Below, piece after piece: positions 21,072 to 29,873 of a DNA stretch of 64,000 nt. A model generated the notes under the pieces. It saw only the letters and a list, made by a program, of their open reading frames with translations, did not search any database and had not been told where the DNA came from. The position numbers and the translations under genes are program-made. How positions within the stretch are numbered: position 1 is the stretch's first letter; every line of letters begins with the position of its first letter. Location of the stretch: positions 928,001-992,000 of the forward strand of contig CBDBHB010000009.1 in assembly GCA_965205505.1 (NCBI GenBank), written 5' to 3'. The stretch is from Acidobacteriota bacterium (GTDB lineage: Bacteria; Acidobacteriota; UBA890; WLXD01).

Positions 21072-21923
21072 GTGATCGAGCTGATTCGCGCGTTGGCGGT
21101 GCTGGCGGAGCCGCCATCCGAGGCGACGCCGCAGTTGGCCGAGCTCCTCGATCTGCCGTCTGTTCCCGAGCCGTGGCAGTACACCGATCTGTTCCTCGGC
21201 CAGATGTACCCCTACGCTTCGGTGTATCTCGGGCCCGAGGGCATGCTGGGCGGGGAGGCACGCGACCGCGTCGCCGGGCTTTGGCGCGCCCTGGGCGAGG
21301 AGCCGCCGTCTGAGCCCGACCATCTGAGCGTCCTGCTCGGCCTGTACGCTCGCCTGATGGAGCTGGAGTCGGCAGCGACAGAGCGTCAGGCGCCGGCCTG
21401 GCAGCGCGCTCGCGCGGCGCTCCTCTGGGAGCATCTCCTGAGCTGGCAGGGAACCTGGCTCAGCAAGCTGGAGTTGGTCGCTCCGCCCGCCTATGCTGCG
21501 TGGGGACGCGTCTTGGCTCGCACACTTCAGCACGAGGCGTCGGGGCTGACGCTGCCCGACGAGCTCCCCGTTCACTTGGCGCAGGCTCCACCACTTCCCG
21601 AGCCGCAGCAAGAAGGCGGCGAGGCATTTCTCGAGGGTCTGCTGACGCCAGTGCGGTGCGGCTTCATCCTGACGCGCACCGACCTGGAGAACGCCGCTGC
21701 CGAGCTGCAGCTAGGGCTACGCGCCGGCGAGCGTCGTTACGCACTGCGCGCGCTGATCGGACAGGATCGCGCCGCCACCCTCGGCTGGCTTGCCGAGTAC
21801 GCGCGCCAGGCGGCCGGGCAAAGCCCCGACAACCCTACCGCTACCAGCCCGATCGACGCGTTCTGGCGACAGAGAGCGCTCGCGTCGGCGGCGCGCCTGG
21901 GGCACGCGGCGGCCTCCGCGTGA
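21072..21923 (+). CDS. TorD/DmsD family molybdoenzyme chaperone
   Basis: YPYASVY, EPDHL, EHLLSW motifs; located after the molybdoenzyme. Confidence 0.85.
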   Translation: MIELIRALAVLAEPPSEATPQLAELLDLPSVPEPWQYTDLFLGQMYPYASVYLGPEGMLGGEARDRVAGLWRALGEEPPSEPDHLSVLLGLYARLMELESAATERQAPAWQRARAALLWEHLLSWQGTWLSKLELVAPPAYAAWGRVLARTLQHEASGLTLPDELPVHLAQAPPLPEPQQEGGEAFLEGLLTPVRCGFILTRTDLENAAAELQLGLRAGERRYALRALIGQDRAATLGWLAEYARQAAGQSPDNPTATSPIDAFWRQRALASAARLGHAAASA

Positions 21924-21988
21924 TCGCGTTGTAAGATGGTTGTGTGGGTGCCGGACGGCAGTTCCGGCGGGCTGCCGTGACCCTTCGA

Positions 21989-23638
21989 CTATTCGAGCCC
22001 GTGGAGCCGCTGCCAGGCCCCCTCGAATTCGTTGCCAGGTCGCCAGCGTGGCATCTCGTCGCCGTTGGCGACAACGTCCGCGGCACGGAAGACGATGCGC
22101 AGATCGCGCTCCAGCCCGGCCAGGTTCCACTCGTCGCGTACCTCGTCGGACACCTGGTGGTAGTGCGCCTCCTCGTAGGCAAGTGGATCGAACGGTAGCG
22201 GCTCGATGTAGTCGGACCCGGGATTGAGGAACAGCGCCGGAATGCCCGCCTTGGCGAAGTTGACCTGGTCGGATCGGTAGAAGCTGCCTGCGGACGGGTT
22301 CGGATCGCCACGCACCACAACCGTCTGCCCGTCGCCTACCGAAAACTCCGCCGCCGCGGCGCGTAGCGCGTCACCTAGCTCGCTGGCGTCCTCGCCGATG
22401 GCCGCGATGTCGGCGGTCACACCGAAGATCTGCGGCATGTCGATGTTGAAGTTGGCCACCATCGAGCTGCGCGGCACGGGCGGCTGGGCGACGAACCAGG
22501 CGCTGCCGAGCAGCCCGCTCTCTTCGCCTGCGCAGGCTAAGAATAGCAGCGACCTGCGTGGTGCTTCGTCCATGTTGGCGAACGCATCGGCCAGCGCGAC
22601 GATCGAGGCTACGCCCAGGGCGTTGTCCCAGGCGCCGTTGAACACCGTGTCGCCATCGAGCTCCGGGTTGGTACCCAGGTGATCGTAGTGGGCGGTGAAC
22701 ACGACGATTTGGTCGCGCAAGTCGGGATCGCTGCCCGGCAAGAAGCCAAGGACGTTCTCGGTGCTCATGCGGCGCACGGTGGTGTCGAGATGCGCGCTGA
22801 CCCGATAGCCCGTATCGACGGGTTCGAAGTCGCGCTGTTGCGCCATCTCGAAGAGCCCGGCCAGGTCGGTGTCGATCGCACGAGCGATCTCGTCCGATAG
22901 TTGCTCGTCGAGCCAGCCCAATAGATCGACCTGGTAGCCGGCACCCGACAAATCAAGCGCGAACTTATCGGTTGACCCCGAGTACTGAACGACGCTGAAC
23001 GGGTATGAAGCCGAGGGCGTAGTGTGCACCATCAATGCGCCGACGGCGCCAAGGCGCATGGCCTGTTCGAATTTGTACGACCAGCGTCCGTAGTAGGTGC
23101 GGGCCTCGCCGCCGAAAAGCTCCTCGCCGTTCTCAACAACCGGCGGGTCATTGTTGAGAAAGAGCAGCACTTTGCCGCTCACGTCAGCGCCCTTGAAATC
23201 GTCCCACCCGTACTCGGGCGCCTGTACTCCGTACCCTACGAAGAGCAGCGGCGCCTCGTCGATATCGACCGTGTCACGCTGTGCTGACGACCAGAACGCG
23301 ACGTTGCCGGTGTCGACGAGCTCGAGCTCGTTGCTCGCTGATGCGATGCGCAGTGAGGCTGTAGCATCATCGCGCCGCATGCCAACCAGCCGTACTTCCT
23401 GGCGAAACAGGCCCTCGACTGGCGACAACCCGACGTCGCGGAAACGCTGCTCGATCCAGCTCGTGGCGCGCGCTTCGCCTGCGGTTCCGGTGCCGCGCCC
23501 CTGCATATCGTCGTCAGAAAGCGCCCGGACGTCGTCGAGCACCGCGGCGGCGCTGATTCGTTGATCGGGCGCTGGCGCGACTGCCGGAGCGCAGGCGACC
23601 GTGATCGCCAGGAACGAGATGCCGATGGTTGCTCGCAT
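21989..23638 (-). CDS. M28 family peptidase with PA domain (lipoprotein)
   Basis: AHYDHLG, NGAWDNA, GEESGLLGS, NIDM, RSDQ, YHQVSD. Confidence 0.92.
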   Translation of the reverse strand: MRATIGISFLAITVACAPAVAPAPDQRISAAAVLDDVRALSDDDMQGRGTGTAGEARATSWIEQRFRDVGLSPVEGLFRQEVRLVGMRRDDATASLRIASASNELELVDTGNVAFWSSAQRDTVDIDEAPLLFVGYGVQAPEYGWDDFKGADVSGKVLLFLNNDPPVVENGEELFGGEARTYYGRWSYKFEQAMRLGAVGALMVHTTPSASYPFSVVQYSGSTDKFALDLSGAGYQVDLLGWLDEQLSDEIARAIDTDLAGLFEMAQQRDFEPVDTGYRVSAHLDTTVRRMSTENVLGFLPGSDPDLRDQIVVFTAHYDHLGTNPELDGDTVFNGAWDNALGVASIVALADAFANMDEAPRRSLLFLACAGEESGLLGSAWFVAQPPVPRSSMVANFNIDMPQIFGVTADIAAIGEDASELGDALRAAAAEFSVGDGQTVVVRGDPNPSAGSFYRSDQVNFAKAGIPALFLNPGSDYIEPLPFDPLAYEEAHYHQVSDEVRDEWNLAGLERDLRIVFRAADVVANGDEMPRWRPGNEFEGAWQRLHGLE

Positions 23639-23713
23639 GCCACCTGGAACCGGGTCGTACGGGTGGATGGATGCGAACACTATACCCGCGTGGTCAGGCC
23701 CGCCACACTTCCA

Positions 23714-26700
23714 CTAGGCGTCGGCTTCGAGCTGCTCGCGACAAAGTTGGATATGCTCGCGCTGCTCTGCTGTGCTCGGTATTCCGGCTGCTCCTTCCCG
23801 CCAGGCGGCGCGCGCCTCCGCGTCTCGTCCCAGAGCCTGCAACGCCACACCGCGCCAGTAACGGCCACGTGCCTCGACCGGTCGATGGGGCCGGCCGACG
23901 TTGAGATCGCGTGGGTAGGTGAGCGCGGCATCGAAATCCGCCAGGGCCGTCTCCGGGCTGCTCGCCTCGAGGCGTTGAATGCCGCGCTCGATGTGCGCTT
24001 GATAGAAGATCTCGCGCGAGCCTGTGTCGCCTTCTCGCTGGGTGAATCGAGTGTCGGAGAGCAGCACGATGGCGTCGTCGAAGCGCTCGACATCGATGTA
24101 CGCGCGAGCAAGCGTCAGAGTGACGTCGGCTCGGCGACCCGCTGGGGGCACGGATTCGAGGACCGTTGCTGTCGCCGCTGGCTCGCGCTGTTCGATGCGC
24201 ACGCGAGCCAGGTCGCGATACAACGTCTGGTCCTGAGGGCGGATCGAGACGGCCTCGGCGAGCAAGGCTGCGGCGCCGGTAAGGTCGCCATCGATGCGCC
24301 AGCGATACAACGCCAGACTGCGGCGCGCCGTGCTCAGATCGGCTGCCGACTCGACGACCGTGCTCCACTCACGTGCAGCCTCGTCGAGCCGTCCGAGGCC
24401 GGCGAGTAGGTTGCCGAGGTACAGCCGCGCTCGTGCGTCGCCCGGGGCTCGGGCCAGCGCGTTGCCGAAGACCGCGAGCGCTTCGGTCCGCGACGGAAAG
24501 ACGTACTCCGCTGAGGCGGCGGCGGCTTCGCGCAGCCAACGAGCCGCTTGCGCATCATCGCCGACTTGGTCGAGGTAGTAGGACAGATAGTAGAGCGGCA
24601 GGGGCCGCCGCTCGGCAGGCGCGATCGTCGCCACGAGCGTCGCTTCCACGATATTGGCTGCGTCACGGTACAGACCGAGGTCCGCGAGGGCGAGGCTTAG
24701 CTCGAGGAAAGCGAACTCCGGCTCGCCGACCCATTCACGCGCACGGTGCGCGAAGTCACGCAAGCTCTGATCGGAACCCAGTGCCTGAATCACATGCGGG
24801 ACGAGCCGTGTGCTGCCGGCGTCGACGCTCCGTCGGGCTAGAGCCAGGGCACTCTGAAAGTCACCCGAAGCGTAGGTCGACAGCAGGATCTGCTCGAAGA
24901 GTCGGGTCCAGTCCGCGCCGCCGGCGGACAGCCCGGCGGTGAACGCTTGTGTGGCTCCGGCGTAGTCGCCTCGCCGGGCCCGTATACGGCCTGCGAGGCT
25001 GTATCCCAGAGCCGTCGTTCCCGTACGCCGAACAGCCGCGTAGGCAGCAGCGAGAGCCCCGTCGATCTCACCTCGACGGAGCCGCGCCACGCCCAGCTGG
25101 TACCAGGTCAGGCCGTCGTCGGGATCACGCTCGATCGCTCTCGTCAACAGATCGACGGCGGCCCCGAAACGACCCGCCTCGATCTCGAGGCCGCCAAGGG
25201 CCCGCAATGTGAGCGAGTGCCCCGCGTCAAGTCGCAGGGCATCAGCGTAGCGGGCGCGGGCGCTCGGACCGTCGCCTTGCTTGTCGAGCTCGTACCCCGC
25301 GCGATACGCGCCCTCTGCTGTAGGCTTCGGCTTGTCGCGCTCGGCAGGAATTTCGCGCTGCGGCACTCGCAGTGGCGACGAATATTCCAGCAGAGTCTCC
25401 CCGTCGGCGTTATCGATCTGGATCTGCAGCCTGGCCTCGCCTGGGCCGGCGTTGCCAAGGCCAGTCTGGACGACGAACGACTCGGTCCGGGCCGGCGACA
25501 GATCGAGCTGACGACGCTCGATGCGTCCGCCGCGCAGCTCAACGATGATCTGCGCACCCAGGATCGAACGCGTCGAAGCGACACGCAGCTCGACACCCTC
25601 GGGATGATCGAGGCGCTCGATAGCCAGATCACGTGTGGCGAGCTCGAACCCCTGTCCAAGGCCATTGACCGGATACCAGGTTTCCTGCCATGACACTTCT
25701 TGCCCGGGCGCCAGCTGCCCGAAGTCGGCCTGAGTGGGCAAGGGCCCGCTCTGCACCTCGATATATGGTCCGTCCTCATCGGTAAGTACCGACTGTGCCA
25801 CCAGGCCGGCGTCGGCCTGTCCCCAGGTCCACGCTTTCTTGCCCGGCAACGCGTGGTGGTTGGCTACCTGGACGATGCCGAAGTCGCGCTCGACGTCGTA
25901 GGCGCCGAAAAAGTCGAATGTGACCTCGTAGCCGAACACCGACGTGGGCTCTGGATAGTTCCGCAGCCACCTGAGGTCGCGCCCCTCGTGCATCGGCCAG
26001 CTGAAGAACTCGGTGCCCGAATGGTCGGTGCCGAGGCTCATTGGATAGACGAAGCGCGTGCCTGGGGTATTCGGAAACGCGGTGTTGTTCCAGAAGTAGT
26101 ATGGATGGAAATTGTCGGTGGGATTGAACAGCCGGATCTGCTCGTCGAGGGCGCGAGTTTCGGGATGCAGAGTCAGCCGCACCTCCCATCCGGTACGGAA
26201 GTTCTGCTCGGTATTGCCGATCAGCAACGCCGCGGACCCATCCGGATACTGCATAGGCACCACGTCGACAGGCGAGAAGCTGGTGACGGTGTGACCCTGC
26301 GGACCACGGTTCCACTCGATACCGCCCGAGACCCAAGCGCCGCGGAGCGCGATATGGCCCGGCCGAATCACGTGGTTGCGGTAGAACATCTCCTCGCCGG
26401 TGACTTTGTCGAGGACCGACTGGATACGGCCGCCGATCTCCGGCAGGCACATGACACGTAGGTACTCGTTCTCGATGAACACAGCGCGATAGGCGTGATT
26501 CACGCGATCAGCGCCGAATCGATCCTGGGCTGTGTAGGGATAGATGATCGTGCCCTCGAGCTCGTAGAAGTGGGGGTTCACGTCGTCGGGGCCGAGCGCG
26601 TATGTGGGAATCTCGACCTCCGTGATCCACGTTCGAACAGCCGTTGGCCGGCCAGCGGCACGCCCCTGAACAGGCCGCTGCTGACTCATTGCCGGCGCCG

Positions 26701-26752
26701 CGAGTGCCAGCAAGGCGAACGCGGCGGTCAACTTGCAAGCTGGTCTGATCAT
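23714..26752 (-). CDS. DUF5107 domain protein with TPR repeats
   Basis: IENEYLRV..LPEIGGRI, GAWVSGGIEWN, GKKAWTWG, GPYIEVQSG; TPR-rich C-terminal half; signal peptide. Confidence 0.85.
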   Translation of the reverse strand: MIRPACKLTAAFALLALAAPAMSQQRPVQGRAAGRPTAVRTWITEVEIPTYALGPDDVNPHFYELEGTIIYPYTAQDRFGADRVNHAYRAVFIENEYLRVMCLPEIGGRIQSVLDKVTGEEMFYRNHVIRPGHIALRGAWVSGGIEWNRGPQGHTVTSFSPVDVVPMQYPDGSAALLIGNTEQNFRTGWEVRLTLHPETRALDEQIRLFNPTDNFHPYYFWNNTAFPNTPGTRFVYPMSLGTDHSGTEFFSWPMHEGRDLRWLRNYPEPTSVFGYEVTFDFFGAYDVERDFGIVQVANHHALPGKKAWTWGQADAGLVAQSVLTDEDGPYIEVQSGPLPTQADFGQLAPGQEVSWQETWYPVNGLGQGFELATRDLAIERLDHPEGVELRVASTRSILGAQIIVELRGGRIERRQLDLSPARTESFVVQTGLGNAGPGEARLQIQIDNADGETLLEYSSPLRVPQREIPAERDKPKPTAEGAYRAGYELDKQGDGPSARARYADALRLDAGHSLTLRALGGLEIEAGRFGAAVDLLTRAIERDPDDGLTWYQLGVARLRRGEIDGALAAAYAAVRRTGTTALGYSLAGRIRARRGDYAGATQAFTAGLSAGGADWTRLFEQILLSTYASGDFQSALALARRSVDAGSTRLVPHVIQALGSDQSLRDFAHRAREWVGEPEFAFLELSLALADLGLYRDAANIVEATLVATIAPAERRPLPLYYLSYYLDQVGDDAQAARWLREAAAASAEYVFPSRTEALAVFGNALARAPGDARARLYLGNLLAGLGRLDEAAREWSTVVESAADLSTARRSLALYRWRIDGDLTGAAALLAEAVSIRPQDQTLYRDLARVRIEQREPAATATVLESVPPAGRRADVTLTLARAYIDVERFDDAIVLLSDTRFTQREGDTGSREIFYQAHIERGIQRLEASSPETALADFDAALTYPRDLNVGRPHRPVEARGRYWRGVALQALGRDAEARAAWREGAAGIPSTAEQREHIQLCREQLEADA

Positions 26753-27489
26753 TTGAACACCATCGGGCGAAACATCTCCGGAACGTGAAAGCTCTCGCCG
26801 GGGACGGGCGACCAGGCTGAGAGCAGCAGATCGCGGTGCGGGTCGTCGGGCCTGTGAGGCCGCTTGATCCGGAAGACGTTGAATCGCCAGCTGTCGCCGG
26901 CGAGTGGCGGTAGCCGCATGTCGGTGCCGGGAAGGGTGGCGAAGCCCGCCCACGGGAGTAGCGCGACCGCCGTCCAGCCGCTCGTGTCACTGTCCCACGC
27001 ATGCACCGCGGTTTGCAGGCCTGGGAAGTCCCAGTCCAGATCGCTCCGCTTGTCGGGATCGCCCCGGAACATGAGCAAGTCGCAGACGACGTTGCCCGGG
27101 CTGATCTCCACCTCGGCGTAGTTGCGACCATCTCCGTCCGGGTCGATGAAGATCTCGACCACCTCCTCCTCCCACAGAGGGTCGTCACGCCGTGTGTAGG
27201 TGTGCCACGGGGACGGGTCGGTGGCGTCGAACCGTATCCAGAAGCCGTCGGCACTCCATAGGGCGCGAAAGCTCGTGTTGTAGGGTGGCTCGCCCCAGAC
27301 GATGGTTGCCGCCGGCGACCAGGCAGCTTCGACACCGTCGAGAAGTTGCGGTGGCGTACTCGCAGCCGCCGCGACGTGCAGCCCGGTAGGAAGTTGGCCC
27401 AGCGCACCGGCCAGACCGAGTGCACCGGACAGCCCAAGACCTCCGGTGGCTAGCAGAACGAGCTGGCTGGCAGGGAGGGTCATGGGCAT
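26749..27489 (-). CDS. Carbohydrate-binding family 9-like protein
   Basis: RDDPLWEEEVVEIFIDP, W..NVFRI, AWSP..SFH.PE.F. Confidence 0.82.
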   Translation of the reverse strand: MPMTLPASQLVLLATGGLGLSGALGLAGALGQLPTGLHVAAAASTPPQLLDGVEAAWSPAATIVWGEPPYNTSFRALWSADGFWIRFDATDPSPWHTYTRRDDPLWEEEVVEIFIDPDGDGRNYAEVEISPGNVVCDLLMFRGDPDKRSDLDWDFPGLQTAVHAWDSDTSGWTAVALLPWAGFATLPGTDMRLPPLAGDSWRFNVFRIKRPHRPDDPHRDLLLSAWSPVPGESFHVPEMFRPMVFK

Positions 27490-27729
27490 GCGGGCAGTTC
27501 ATCGCCGCCGGTAGGCAACGTTAGGATAACGTGCTCCTGTACTCGTGCGCCTCGAACGAAGAGGCCGTTCGCGACAATACTGTGAGGTTCGACATGCGCT
27601 GGCGTTGCTCGATGTCCTGGGCGTTGTGGTTGACTTGTATGACGCTCTCCGCGACCCGACAGACGAGCGGAAAGTTGGGCCGGCGGTACGAGCCGCCCGC
27701 GCCTATCGAGCCACTACTCTCCCACTGCA

Positions 27730-28629
27730 TCAACCCCGGCGGATCTGCTCCCACTCCTCCACGGTTCGCGGCCAGTCTTTCTTGAGCAGCTGCGACAACA
27801 CCCTGTCGGCGTACACCTGGCCATCGGTTTGGCAGGTGGCGCAGTAGTTGGTCTCGCGGCTGCTGTAGAGGATGCGCTGCACCGGATCGCCGCAGCGCGG
27901 ACAGGGTTCACGGTAGCGTCCGTGAACCGCCATCTCGGGGCGAAAGGCGGTTACCTTTCGTGGGAACTCATCGCCAGTCTGAGTTCGGAGACGTTCGGTC
28001 CAGTCGGTCAAGACGGTGACCGTGCTAGCGTGCAGGTTCTCCACTTGTCGGTCGGAAAGGCGCGAGGTCCAGCTCAGCGGCGACAGGCGTGCGTGGTGGA
28101 GGATCTCGTCGGAGTAGGCATTTCCGATTCCGGAGAACAGTCGCGGCGAGGTCAGCGCCCGCTTCAGGGTATGGTTCTCGGAGCGAAGCCGGGCTGCGAA
28201 GTCGCCGAGGTTGCATTCCAGAATCTCGAGACCCCCGGGGTCGTGCTCGGCAAGCGCCTCGCGTCCGCGCACGACGTGGAGCGATGCACGCTTCTTGGCG
28301 CTGGCCTCGGTCAGTACCAGCGTGCCGCTGGAAAAATCGAAGGCCGCCAGACCGACCCTGGCGGGTACGAGCGCGCCGGCGTCTCGCCAGCGGAAGCGGC
28401 CGGCGATCATCAAATGGACCACCAGAAACAGATCTTCGCTTAGCGCGATGACGATTCGCTTGCCGATGCGCTCGACGCCGACCACGACCTTGCCGTAGGT
28501 TTCCATTACCGGAGGGTCGAATGTGCGCAACAGGAACGGGCTGGCGAGGCGCACGCTAGCAAGCGTCTCGCCAGTGATCCTGCGCTCTAGGCACTCCACA
28601 TAGACGATCACATCGGGCAACTCGGGCAT
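27730..28629 (-). CDS. Fpg/Nei family DNA glycosylase/AP lyase
   Basis: N-terminal PELPDV, HLMIAG, SGIGNAYSDEILH (H2TH), C4 zinc finger. Confidence 0.93.
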   Translation of the reverse strand: MPELPDVIVYVECLERRITGETLASVRLASPFLLRTFDPPVMETYGKVVVGVERIGKRIVIALSEDLFLVVHLMIAGRFRWRDAGALVPARVGLAAFDFSSGTLVLTEASAKKRASLHVVRGREALAEHDPGGLEILECNLGDFAARLRSENHTLKRALTSPRLFSGIGNAYSDEILHHARLSPLSWTSRLSDRQVENLHASTVTVLTDWTERLRTQTGDEFPRKVTAFRPEMAVHGRYREPCPRCGDPVQRILYSSRETNYCATCQTDGQVYADRVLSQLLKKDWPRTVEEWEQIRRG

Positions 28630-28714
28630 GGGGCGCAATGTTCGCATGCCGGCGACACAACCGGCCCGGTCGCTACCTATCAACGTCGTGGAGAAACAGG
28701 ATGACCGGGCGGTC

Positions 28715-29842
28715 ATGAACACTCCCTTGACAGCTGTCGTTCTGACTGGCGGCGGGGCGCGCGGCGCGTACCAGGCAGGGGTGCTCGCCGGCATTGCCGA
28801 TCGGTCGCGTTGCGACGTCTGCTTTCCGATCATCACTGGGGTGTCGGCGGGAGGAATCAACGCCGCAGCGCTCGCCGCCAGCCGCTCCGGGTTCGATGCC
28901 GCCACCGCCGATCTGCGCCAGGCCTGGCTGAAGCTCACTATCGACAACGTGTTCCGCTCCAACTTCCGTACCCTGACCTGGAGCGCCTTGTGCTGGATGG
29001 CCAAGATCGGCAGCGGCGGCGCTCTGCCTACCGACCTGCGAGGCCTGTTGGACACGCGCCCCCTACGTGCCTATCTGACTGCAGCGATCGATTTCGACGG
29101 CATCGGCGACAACATTGCTGCAGGTCGCTTGCACGCTTTGGCGATGTCGATGACCGAGTACGCAACAGGGCGTACGGTGACCGCAATACAGGCAACGGAG
29201 CGGGTCCGCGACTGGCAGCGCGCCAGACGCCTCTCGGAGCGCAGTCGAATTACGGTCGACCACGTGATGGCGTCAGCGGCCTTGCCGGTTATCTTTCCGG
29301 CCATTCAGATCGGCGCCAACTACTACGGTGACGGCAGCATCCGCCAGTCGGCGCCCCTGTCGCCAGCTGTCCACCTTGGCGCCGATCGTATCCTGGCGAT
29401 CTCGGTGCGCTATTCGCTGGCTCCGCTGGAACGCATCCAACCGCAGATCACCGGCTACCCGCCGCCGGCGCAGATCCTGGGGATGATCCTCCACGGCGTG
29501 TTCATCGACGCACTGGAGGACGACGTCGAGCGTCTGCAGCGCATCAATCGCACTTTGGAGGCGGTGCCACCAGGAGCCGAGCTCCGGGATCGCCTGCGTC
29601 CGATCGAGACGCTGCTGCTACGGCCGTCGCGCGACCTGGCCAAGCTATCGGTCGGTCTGGTCGATGAGATGCCGCGTCCGCTGCGACTGCTGGCGCGCGG
29701 CCTCGGAGCGTCGCGAACCACCACACCGGACTTCCTCAGCTATCTGTTGTTCGAGCGTCCCTATATCGAGCGCCTCATGGATCTCGGCTTCGAGGACGCC
29801 CAAGCGCAGTGGGACATTATCGAGCCGTTCCTCGCCGGGTAG
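28715..29842 (+). CDS. Patatin-like phospholipase
   Basis: GGGARGAY, GVSAG nucleophile motif, DGS. Confidence 0.92.
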   Translation: MNTPLTAVVLTGGGARGAYQAGVLAGIADRSRCDVCFPIITGVSAGGINAAALAASRSGFDAATADLRQAWLKLTIDNVFRSNFRTLTWSALCWMAKIGSGGALPTDLRGLLDTRPLRAYLTAAIDFDGIGDNIAAGRLHALAMSMTEYATGRTVTAIQATERVRDWQRARRLSERSRITVDHVMASAALPVIFPAIQIGANYYGDGSIRQSAPLSPAVHLGADRILAISVRYSLAPLERIQPQITGYPPPAQILGMILHGVFIDALEDDVERLQRINRTLEAVPPGAELRDRLRPIETLLLRPSRDLAKLSVGLVDEMPRPLRLLARGLGASRTTTPDFLSYLLFERPYIERLMDLGFEDAQAQWDIIEPFLAG

Positions 29843-29850
29843 TGTCCACC

Positions 29851-29873
29851 ACACTTTCACCACGGCCTGCTAG
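29851..29873 (-). repeat. Solo IS/MITE-like terminal sequence ending at CTAG
   Basis: acactttcaccacggcctgctag, 20/23 identical to 39677-39699. Confidence 0.55.

Noticed and set aside
27521-27754. 77-aa ORF between the Fpg-like and CBM9-like genes
   Set aside because: No recognisable motif or clear SD; cannot be supported
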